Shown here piece after piece: positions 56,430 through 64,000 of a DNA stretch of 64,000 nucleotides. The notes beneath the pieces were generated by a model. The model saw only the letters and a list, made by a program, of their open reading frames with translations. It was not told the DNA's origin and did no database searches. This DNA is from Verrucomicrobiia bacterium (GTDB taxonomy: Bacteria; Verrucomicrobiota; Verrucomicrobiia; Limisphaerales; UBA8199). The position numbers and the translations under genes were made by a program. The stretch lies in NCBI GenBank assembly GCA_035946615.1, contig DASYZB010000073.1, positions 459 to 64,458 of the forward strand, written 5' to 3'. The stretch's first letter is position 1, and the number at the start of each line of letters is the position of its first letter.

Positions 56430-57349
56430 AGACGGGCAACCATTGCGAAAGACCGCTGCCGATGAACCGGCGCAGCCTGCTGGCCTTTACGATGATCGAG
56501 ATCGTCATCTCCCTGGCTGTCATCGGCTTCGCCCTGGTGGCCATCATCGGCGTGCTGCCCTTGGGCATGGACGTGCAAAAACAGAACCGGCAGGAAACGA
56601 TCATCAACCAGGACGCCAGCGTATGGTTGGACGCCCTGCGCAATGGCCAACGCGGCATGGATGACCTGACCAATTACGTCATGGCCGTTACGAACTTCGG
56701 CGCGAGTTACAATGCCGCCGGCCAGTTTGTCACGCGGCGAACCGATTGGTACACGCCCACCAACTCGTCCATGAACCCCCAGTTCCCGCTTACTAATGGG
56801 TTCCGCATCGTTGGGTTGCTCAGCACACCCAAGATTATATTCCTGCCCAGTGGCCCACGCGGCCAAAGCAGCGGTTTTTACAGCAACCATTTCGTCGCCT
56901 ATGTCCGTTCGCTGAGCGGCCCAGCCAGCGAAAAACCTCCGCAAACCAACTCGACGGTTCAGGACCTCGCTCTCAGTTACAAAATGATCACAGAAGTTGG
57001 CCCGTATGGGGTCGATTTCTTCGGACCCAATGGCGCTTTGGGACCGCAGTATTGGGACCCGGCTTTGACCAACTGGACGAATCCGCAGATTTCGACCAAC
57101 GAAAGAATTGCCCGGTTCAACTACTCGGTAGTGAACAGTAATCTCCAAGCGAACCTGCACGAGATGCGCCTGACCTTTCGCTGGCCGTTGCTGCCGGGCG
57201 GCACCAATGGGCCGGGCTACCAGATGTATCGCGCGACCGTTGGCGGGTCGATTCAGGGCACGAACCTCCCTGGATTCCCTCTCATCGAACAGCGGCTCTA
57301 TTTCGTCACACCCGGGACCTACGTGCTAGCGCAACCAGGAATCTACTGA
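56426..57349 (+). CDS. prepilin-type minor pseudopilin (GspI-like; possible Verru_Chthon cassette protein B)
   Basis: LLAFTMIEIVISLAVIGFALVAIIGVLP. ATGA overlap with the upstream gene. Confidence 0.7.
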   Translation: MKTGNHCERPLPMNRRSLLAFTMIEIVISLAVIGFALVAIIGVLPLGMDVQKQNRQETIINQDASVWLDALRNGQRGMDDLTNYVMAVTNFGASYNAAGQFVTRRTDWYTPTNSSMNPQFPLTNGFRIVGLLSTPKIIFLPSGPRGQSSGFYSNHFVAYVRSLSGPASEKPPQTNSTVQDLALSYKMITEVGPYGVDFFGPNGALGPQYWDPALTNWTNPQISTNERIARFNYSVVNSNLQANLHEMRLTFRWPLLPGGTNGPGYQMYRATVGGSIQGTNLPGFPLIEQRLYFVTPGTYVLAQPGIY

Positions 57350-57356
57350 CAGCGCC

Positions 57357-58661
57357 GTGAAAACGAACAGGACATTTAGCGCCTCCCCGAAACTCCGCAG
57401 GGGCGATCTGTCTATAGCCGCCGGACGCACCCTTTGCTCTTTGTTTGAGGACCGCGCCAAAGGTCGCGCCAGCGTCTTGGACTGCGGTAGTCCTCTACCG
57501 CTTTTGCCAACCTTGCTCAGCCAGAACCATGCAAGGCCAGAGGCCCAAGGCCTCGCTTATACCAGCCCAGGGCAACGCCCTGGGAAAGGTGAACCATGCT
57601 CCCGTTTGCAGGCCAACGGCCTGCCTTATAGGTCGAGCCATGAGGCAGGCCGTTGGCCTGCAAACACCCACGCTTATGCCTGTTCCCAGGGCGCTGCCCT
57701 GGGCTGGTATGAAGGACGCCTTTGGCGTCATTGCGCTCTCTCCGCTTTCTCCCTCATCGAGCTAATGATCACCATGGGCCTGCTCACCCTCATCGTCCTG
57801 GGGCTGATGCTCATGTTTAACCAGACCCAGCGCGCCTTCCGCATCAGCATGACCCAAAGCGATGTCCTCGAAGCGGGCCGCGCCACCATGGACATGGCCG
57901 CCCGCGACCTCAGCCAGATGACCCCGTCGCAATATCCCCTCTTTCAATCGCCCTTCGGCGGATACTGGCAGGTGACCAATTTCTTCGTCGAACTCTCGCC
58001 TTCGATGTTGCCTTTGGAGCAGCAACTCCCAGGCAACCCATCCGACCGCACCAACGTCATCCAGCGCTTCTTTTTCCTGTCCAAGGTCAACCAGGACTGG
58101 ATTGGCGCCGGTTACCAGGTCCTGCCGGATGATACGAGCGGCGCAGTGGGTGCGCTCTATCGCTTTTCGATGACCAATTACCCGAGGTTCAGCCCAATCA
58201 CCCTCAGCGCCAATTTTCAGGTTGTCTCCCGCATTGCGCTGAGACTAGCGGCTCTGGGATTAACGGTGACTAACGCCGACCGCATAGCCGATGGGATCGT
58301 TCATTTGCGCCTGCGCGCCTTTGCCAATAACGGCTTTCTCATCGTGCCGGACCGCATTACCGGAACTAACGGCGTGTTCCTCGCGTCTGCCCCGTATGGG
58401 CCATACACCAACGTCTGGAATACCACCGCGTACGCATCCCTGCCCTTGGCGGAGCAGGCGGCCTGCTATTTCACCAGCAACGCCGTGCCGGCCTATGTCG
58501 AGCTCGAATTGGGGATTCTCGAACCGCAGATTCTCCAGCATTACCTCTCCATCCCCGTCATGAGCGCCCGGCTCGATTACCTCTCCAATCATGTCGCCCA
58601 GGTCCACCTGTTCCGCCAGCGCATCCCGGTCGTCAATGTTGATAATACCGCGTATCCATGA
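57357..58661 (+). CDS. prepilin-type minor pseudopilin (PilW/GspJ-like; possible Verru_Chthon cassette protein C) with aberrant 5' region
   Basis: SAFSLIELMITMGLLTLIVLGLMLMF..SDVLEAGRATMDMAARDLSQM. The only in-frame start upstream of the motif is GTG 57357, giving a ~125-aa leader that reads through repeat DNA. Confidence 0.65.
   Translation: MKTNRTFSASPKLRRGDLSIAAGRTLCSLFEDRAKGRASVLDCGSPLPLLPTLLSQNHARPEAQGLAYTSPGQRPGKGEPCSRLQANGLPYRSSHEAGRWPANTHAYACSQGAALGWYEGRLWRHCALSAFSLIELMITMGLLTLIVLGLMLMFNQTQRAFRISMTQSDVLEAGRATMDMAARDLSQMTPSQYPLFQSPFGGYWQVTNFFVELSPSMLPLEQQLPGNPSDRTNVIQRFFFLSKVNQDWIGAGYQVLPDDTSGAVGALYRFSMTNYPRFSPITLSANFQVVSRIALRLAALGLTVTNADRIADGIVHLRLRAFANNGFLIVPDRITGTNGVFLASAPYGPYTNVWNTTAYASLPLAEQAACYFTSNAVPAYVELELGILEPQILQHYLSIPVMSARLDYLSNHVAQVHLFRQRIPVVNVDNTAYP
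57440..57730. repeat. composite palindromic repeat element inside the 5' end of the PilW-like ORF
   Basis: Perfect 23-bp inner arms: gtttgcaggccaacggcctgcct (57604-57626) / aggcaggccgttggcctgcaaac (57643-57665). Outer arms: ataccagcccagggcaacgccctggg (57560-57585) / cccagggcgctgccctgggctggtat (57685-57710). Also a 35-nt element at 57472-57506. Confidence 0.75.
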
Positions 58662-58750
58662 AACTTTCTCGTCGAGGCGGCTTTGGCCGGCATGATAATT
58701 TGTGGCGCAGGCGTCCTCGCCTACGAGTGACCCGGCCGTCTCGCCCGGTT

Positions 58751-58939
58751 GTCCCGGAGGGACAACCCGATAATAGCCCAACGCTTCAGCGTTGGGTTGA
58801 ATCCCGCGCGCCAAACAGTCCCGGAGGGACGGCTGACCCACTGGCCCGCATTTTCAACCGTCCCTTCGGGACTTGGACCACCGCTCGGCCCATCTCCAAC
58901 GCTAAAGCATTGGGCTATTCTCAAATGTCCCTTCGGGAC
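58751..58939. repeat. nested palindromic repeat element upstream of the giant pilin-like gene
   Basis: Outer arms 58751-58795 / 58896-58939 (gtcccggagggac..atagcccaacgcttcagcgttgg vs ccaacgctaaagcattgggctat..gtcccttcgggac). Inner arms 58817-58832 / 58858-58873. Confidence 0.75.
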
Positions 58940-58957
58940 AAGCATCACTCTCGTTCT

Positions 58958-61900
58958 ATGGCAAATTGCCGCGTGGATGTTCGCGGGCTTAATCGCCCCA
59001 AGTCCCAACAAGGCATTGCCCTGGTCATCACCCTCATCCTGCTGTCGGTTATCACCTTCATGGCCATCGCCTTCCTGGTCCTAAGCCAGGGCCAGAAGGG
59101 AAACGTGGCCACCTACACCGACCAGTCCCTGGCAAAGCTCGCCGCCGATACCGCGTTCCAACAGGCCCAAGCCCAGTTAATGGCCCCTATACTGGCCTAT
59201 ACAAACCCGTTCGCTGTGGGCCTGCTGGTCTCGACCAATTACGTCAATCCAGCCGGGTTCTTCCCTGGCCTATCCAGCCCGACCAACGTTAATTATGATT
59301 TCGTTTCTGGCACCCTCGCGCCGCTCACCCAGGCCCAGCAACTGCAGAATCTGACGAACCTGCTGTTCAGTCCGCGTCCCCCAGTCTTCATCTCCAACCC
59401 CGTTACCGGGAGCAATGATTTCCGCTATTACCTGGATTTGAACCGGAATGGGTTCTTCGAACCCACAGGCTGGCTGTATGTTACCAACGCGCTGGGCCGG
59501 AATTTCCCCGACAGCAGCGGAAATCTGGCAAATAGTTACTTCACAGGCGACCCGCAATGGATCGGCGGCCTGGCCTTCCCGGACCGGCCCCACTCGGCCA
59601 ATAACGAGTTCATCTATCGCTACGCCTACCTCGTCGCCCCCGCGAGCGAGACGATGGATATCAATTATATCCATAATTATGCAAAGAATCTCTCGCCTGC
59701 CACCATGCCGCCGGGAACCGACAGTTTATTCCGAAACCAGGGCGTTGGCACCTGGGAGATCAATCTCGGCGCGTTTTTGGCCGACCTGAATACTAACCTT
59801 TGGGACAACGGCGCCGCCCCGTATAATTACCGGGGAGCGCTGCCCACGCTGGCAAATACCGGCGCCGCTTTTGATGATGCCCTGGCTATTCTGAAGTATC
59901 GCTATAATGGCAGCAAAAACACCCTTCATACTGTACGGGGCCTTTTTGGCGTAATTGGCGCCAACGCCTTCGGCAGCGATTACATCGATGGCTATTCGGA
60001 TGGACCTTTGATGACCAATACCTGGTGGCCCGCTCCCCCTGATGCCGACTTCAACAGGGTAGGGACACTCGCTTGGTCCGGGGATAATAACACCAATCAT
60101 ATCTTCAGCATGCAGGAGCTGTTCGATCGAACAAAGTTCCTGGTCCCAGGCAGTGCCACATTCAGCGATCGGCTCGCAGCGGCTGGAACAAACGTCGATT
60201 CCTACAACCGCTACACTTTTTATCGCCTGCTCTCCTCGTTGGGGACCGAGTCGGCGCCAGAATCAGGCAAGATCAATTTAAATTACAAGAACGTGGATAA
60301 CTTCGGGAACGTGGTGCCGAACATCGCCACGAATTTCATCCCTTGGACCAATGCGGAACAATTTGTGACAAATGTGGCCACCCGCCTGATGGCCAACGCG
60401 GGGTATAGCGTGGGCATCGGATTGACCAACCTGCTCTATAAGGACAACAATGGAACGACCGAATTGCGCATCCAGATTTGGCCAACTAACTTCTACACTG
60501 CGAGCGTGCACCGGTATTTGCAACTCGCGGCTAATATCTATGATGCGACAACAAATCGCACCTTTCTTAGCACCTATCCATTTTGCCCCACGGTGCTTCG
60601 GCCGGTATTCCGAAGGTTACCTCCCCAAACCTTCCAGACGCCGTTTGGGCCAACGAATGTCAATGTAGTAATGATTGTGGGATACGCTGAGGTTCTTGAT
60701 GCCAGTATGGTGAGAGGCCCGAGGATTCCTCTCCAGGTCGATCTGGCAAACACAACCCAAATCCAGCAAGACATTCCTCTGATTGGATTGCCCTTCCGGG
60801 GGGTCAACGCGGAGCCAATGGTCTCTGGCGTACCCATGGTGATTGGTGCTAAAAAGGGATTCCCAAATTTCAACGAATTCTCGATGCAGACATATTTCTA
60901 CGTCTCCCGCCTGCTGGAGTTCCGTCGGAACCAGATCAATGGCCCGGTCACCCAAACCAATGTGATGTATGTTGCCACCATCACCAACATCTTCGGACTG
61001 GAAGCTTGGAATTCATACCAGCCCGCCTATACCCGCAATCTTGAGTTGATTGCCGCTCCGGATATGAGGGCTATCCTGACCAATACCAATGACGCCGGGA
61101 GGGGCAGCCTTTTGCTCAGCAACACCGCTCCTGTCCTGGGTGTGAGGACGAATATAGGAACATGGCCGGGATGGACCAACGTCGGCTTGGCGCAATACTC
61201 CTTCGTTCTCCCGTATGGGACAAATGCCAACTTCTTTTACCTGCCTGAGTCGTCATACGTGGACAATAACGGACGCCCTTATTTCGAACAACCGATGACT
61301 CATATCTTCCCTGTTGTTGATCGAGGCAAATTCCCCGTGCCGCGCTGGTCACTAACCTTAAATACCCGGTTGGTGTTTGCCCTGGTCGATACCGCTGCGA
61401 ATAGGATTGTGGATTATGTCAACCTGAACAATTGGGACCCGCCGCTGGACATTAACAGTACATTAATTTACGGCGCAGATTGCAGCGGAAATCCTTCGAG
61501 TTACACCGACCCAGGCGCGCAGTGGTGTACCAACCGGCAGTTCAATTTGCCAACCACACCGACCCAGGGAATCCTCAACCAGATTGGGGTTTGTATGGCG
61601 CTGAATGGGCAACTCCCCCCGCCAGCCAGTTTCAACCAGGATCCTTACTTGGGATTGGATGGCGAGTCAGCCATAGACTTTTTCCGTTACAATTTAAAAG
61701 GATGGGGTCCTGCATTCACACAAGACAATGGCAAGGTCTTTTATCGCTCGAATATCTTCTATGCACCTTACGATCCCTATCGCCCAATATTCATCCATAC
61801 CACTTGGCAGGCTAATGATCCTCTGGTGCATTACACGATAGGCGACCTAACTGACTTGGTCAGAACCAACGTAGATTTTTTCAGCCGAGTGCCGCCTCTG

Positions 61901-62905
61901 GATAACCTGGGTCAGATTAACAACCGCTACCAGCCTTGGGGCGGAAACCCGCTCGGCGGCAGCACACCCAGCATCCCGGCGACGCAAATGGCCGCTAAGG
62001 ACCCCCTGGTTACCCGCTCCGATGCTTGGGATTTCCCAACTAACAAATTCCCGAACGTAGGCTGGCTCGGGCGCGTCCATCGCGGAACGCCCTGGCAGAC
62101 GATTTTCCTCAAATCCACAAACATTCTATTCCAGGCTGGATACACCCAGCCGGGCATGTTGCAGAGCCTGGGTGCCTGGCAGGCGTGGTCAGGGAACCCG
62201 GTCACAAATATCAATTGGGGGCAGTTCTCGAATCTCCCCTATTTTGGCCTTAGCTCGACCAATCCGTTGGGGGGCATCGTTCAAGACGCCATTTTCACCT
62301 TGCCTACAAACGATTGGAGGATTCTGGACCTGTTCACAACCTCGTTCAACGACAACGCAGCCCGGGGCAAGCTCTCAGTGAACAATACAAACCTGGCTGC
62401 CTGGTCGGCGGTCCTGGGCGGAGTCAACGTGATGCCGGACTTGACGGCGAATGGCTTCATCACACCGGCGGGACCTTATAGTCTGACAGCCCCACTGCCA
62501 CCACTCGTCCAGGTCGTCAATGGAATCATCAATTCCCGAACGAATTTCCCCAATAATTATTACCAGAAACTGGGAGACATTCTCGCGACGCCGCAGCTTA
62601 CGGTTGCCTCGCCTTACCTGGTGGGGAACCCCGGGTTAATGAACGATGCGGTCGTCGAGCGCATTCCGCAGCAGATTCTGGGATTGCTGCATGGGGGCGA
62701 TGCGCCGCGCTTTGTCATTTATTCCTACGGCCAGGCCTTGAAACCGGCGGCGCATTCGCTCGTCACCAGCGGGGCGTACCTCGATTTGTGCACCAATTAC
62801 CAGATCACCGCCGAGTCGGCCACCCGGGCCGTCGTGCGCATCGACGGGCTCCCGAATAATCCCCACGCCGTTGTCGAGAGCTTTAACGTGCTGCCGCCGG
62901 ATTAA
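58958..62905 (+). CDS. 1,315-aa GspK/PilX-like N-terminally anchored protein (possible Verru_Chthon cassette protein A)
   Basis: After ATG 58958: QQGIALVITLILLSVITFMAIAFLVLS (GspK/PilX-type anchor), then >1,250 aa rich in N/P/Y/W with no motif I recognise. The ORF opens at 58658 but that part is repeat DNA. Confidence 0.6.
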   Translation: MANCRVDVRGLNRPKSQQGIALVITLILLSVITFMAIAFLVLSQGQKGNVATYTDQSLAKLAADTAFQQAQAQLMAPILAYTNPFAVGLLVSTNYVNPAGFFPGLSSPTNVNYDFVSGTLAPLTQAQQLQNLTNLLFSPRPPVFISNPVTGSNDFRYYLDLNRNGFFEPTGWLYVTNALGRNFPDSSGNLANSYFTGDPQWIGGLAFPDRPHSANNEFIYRYAYLVAPASETMDINYIHNYAKNLSPATMPPGTDSLFRNQGVGTWEINLGAFLADLNTNLWDNGAAPYNYRGALPTLANTGAAFDDALAILKYRYNGSKNTLHTVRGLFGVIGANAFGSDYIDGYSDGPLMTNTWWPAPPDADFNRVGTLAWSGDNNTNHIFSMQELFDRTKFLVPGSATFSDRLAAAGTNVDSYNRYTFYRLLSSLGTESAPESGKINLNYKNVDNFGNVVPNIATNFIPWTNAEQFVTNVATRLMANAGYSVGIGLTNLLYKDNNGTTELRIQIWPTNFYTASVHRYLQLAANIYDATTNRTFLSTYPFCPTVLRPVFRRLPPQTFQTPFGPTNVNVVMIVGYAEVLDASMVRGPRIPLQVDLANTTQIQQDIPLIGLPFRGVNAEPMVSGVPMVIGAKKGFPNFNEFSMQTYFYVSRLLEFRRNQINGPVTQTNVMYVATITNIFGLEAWNSYQPAYTRNLELIAAPDMRAILTNTNDAGRGSLLLSNTAPVLGVRTNIGTWPGWTNVGLAQYSFVLPYGTNANFFYLPESSYVDNNGRPYFEQPMTHIFPVVDRGKFPVPRWSLTLNTRLVFALVDTAANRIVDYVNLNNWDPPLDINSTLIYGADCSGNPSSYTDPGAQWCTNRQFNLPTTPTQGILNQIGVCMALNGQLPPPASFNQDPYLGLDGESAIDFFRYNLKGWGPAFTQDNGKVFYRSNIFYAPYDPYRPIFIHTTWQANDPLVHYTIGDLTDLVRTNVDFFSRVPPLDNLGQINNRYQPWGGNPLGGSTPSIPATQMAAKDPLVTRSDAWDFPTNKFPNVGWLGRVHRGTPWQTIFLKSTNILFQAGYTQPGMLQSLGAWQAWSGNPVTNINWGQFSNLPYFGLSSTNPLGGIVQDAIFTLPTNDWRILDLFTTSFNDNAARGKLSVNNTNLAAWSAVLGGVNVMPDLTANGFITPAGPYSLTAPLPPLVQVVNGIINSRTNFPNNYYQKLGDILATPQLTVASPYLVGNPGLMNDAVVERIPQQILGLLHGGDAPRFVIYSYGQALKPAAHSLVTSGAYLDLCTNYQITAESATRAVVRIDGLPNNPHAVVESFNVLPPD

Positions 62906-63180
62906 TTGTTAGCGAATCTAAGACCCGCAACCCAACCCCCTTGATTACCCCCTCCCAGCTATCGGATGTGTCCCCTGCCCGGGGAGCGCGCCCGCCTCGG
63001 GCGCAGCCGGCGCCCCCCTCGGCGCTCGCACGGACGTACGGACGGTTGCACCTTTTGGTTTGCCCGTCCGACATCCTGTTCGGCCCCGTTCTTTCTCATG
63101 AACCGCATGATGCAGAAAATGCAGGCGCGGCGCGGCGAACCAGGTGATGTCCCGCAAAACGAGTCTCGAAGACTCCTGTT

Positions 63181-63220
63181 TAAGTCAATTAAAGTCAAAG
63201 TAAGTCATAGTAAATCAAAC
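63181..63220. promoter_or_regulatory. four tandem 10-bp phased repeats (taAGTCAAag consensus)
   Basis: taagtcaatt aaagtcaaag taagtcatag taaatcaaac, an exact 10-bp period, AT-rich, ~115 nt upstream of the ATG at 63334. Confidence 0.55.
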
Positions 63221-63333
63221 TTAAAAAATACCGCCGATACCATACCTTATCCTTTCACTTATGATTAGAACTCCCGCTCAACCCGAGCACTAATTAACTC
63301 TCTTTCGATGCGTTCGGCCCAAAATCTGTTTAT

Positions 63334-64000
63334 ATGCGCTGGCGACCCTGGATTTGGCTTTCGATAAGCTTGCTGTGTTTCCTTGGGGCGGCCTATTTCT
63401 GGCACCTGGGCGATGAGTGGGCGGCTCAAAAGAAGGCGGCCTCTTCGCTGTCGCAAACCAACCAGCCTTCGGCTGAGCGTCCCAAAGCCGCGGCGCCCGC
63501 TCCGGCGATGACCAATGCCCGCCTGTTGAGCCAGCCGGACCATCTCAGCTCGTCCACCACCAAATCCCACGCGTCTGCGCAGGTGGCTTACCGGCTGAGC
63601 AACACGACCAAGAGGTTGGGCGAGTTGGCCCGCAGCGACAAAGCCATTCTGCTCCAAAACGCGCTTCTTGATACAGGCGAGCCGGCCAACCTGGCCATTC
63701 CCGAACAACTCCGGGCCAAAGGCGACCCGGGCGCATACATCGTCCAGGCGCGCGGCCCGATCGACAATGCGTTCCGGGCATTGCTCAAAGCGCAAGGGGC
63801 CACCGTGGTGGCTTATGTGCCCAATAACGGCTTCCTGGTGCGGGCGCCGGAGGCGGTCTCGGAAGGGCTTGCCAGCCAGTCTGACGTGCAGGCGGTGGTG
63901 CCATACGAGCCGTATTACAAACTTCAACCTTCGTTGCTGGCATTGGCGGTGCAACAAAAGAACCTGCCAGACAACACGACACTGAATTTGCTGCTGTTTG
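63334..64000 (+). CDS. N-terminal part of a membrane-anchored/secreted protein, possibly an S8 peptidase with I9-like propeptide (runs off the window)
   Basis: Open frame from ATG 63334 to the window end. It is not in the ORF track because it has no stop. TM MRWRPWIWLSISLLCFLGAAYFW, then AYIVQARGPIDNAFRALLKAQGATVVAYVPNNGFLVRA, which resembles an inhibitor-I9 fold. Confidence 0.45.
   Translation, partial: MRWRPWIWLSISLLCFLGAAYFWHLGDEWAAQKKAASSLSQTNQPSAERPKAAAPAPAMTNARLLSQPDHLSSSTTKSHASAQVAYRLSNTTKRLGELARSDKAILLQNALLDTGEPANLAIPEQLRAKGDPGAYIVQARGPIDNAFRALLKAQGATVVAYVPNNGFLVRAPEAVSEGLASQSDVQAVVPYEPYYKLQPSLLALAVQQKNLPDNTTLNLLLF

Noticed and set aside
63265-63957. 230-aa minus-strand ORF at the right edge.
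   Set aside because: Arg-rich shadow ORF. The opposite strand carries an open frame from ATG 63334 with a TM helix and a propeptide-like segment, which I consider the real gene.

Overview
64-kb chromosomal window, roughly 58-60% GC by eye. It looks like a PVC-superphylum genome, most likely Verrucomicrobiota. The basis is the PSCyt/DUF1549/DUF1553/DUF1501 proteins, the H-X9-DG prepilin-like proteins, many secreted carbohydrate-binding proteins, and several families of palindromic REP/MITE-like repeats. Housekeeping content: tmRNA, tRNA-Arg(TCG), tyrS, ileS, a purM-dapF-dapA-dapB-folK block, ptsI, an MqnD-like gene, a PfkB kinase and a sugar nucleotidyltransferase. Accessory content: (1) at the left edge, an m5C methyltransferase convergent with and overlapping an ORF that fuses a Vsr mismatch endonuclease to a PD-(D/E)XK nuclease-like domain. 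(2) A tightly packed four-gene PVC-specific periplasmic cluster (DUF1501, PPC-domain protein, DUF1549/DUF1553, PSCyt1-WD40). (3) A ~16-kb type IV filament / T2SS-like locus at 46.5-62.9 kb: PilB-PilT-second PilB/GspE-PilC, an embedded BrnT/BrnA toxin-antitoxin pair, five prepilin-like genes and a 1,315-aa GspK/PilX-like gene. The 5' leaders of four consecutive pilin-like genes in this locus are occupied by different repeat elements, including heptanucleotide tandem repeats. I rate this locus, and especially the repeat-filled leaders, as the most unusual part of the window. No CRISPR array, rRNA, integrase or transposase was recognised. All calls rest on reading the ORF translations and the DNA by eye. 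No database search was run, so family names come from remembered motifs and need HMM confirmation.
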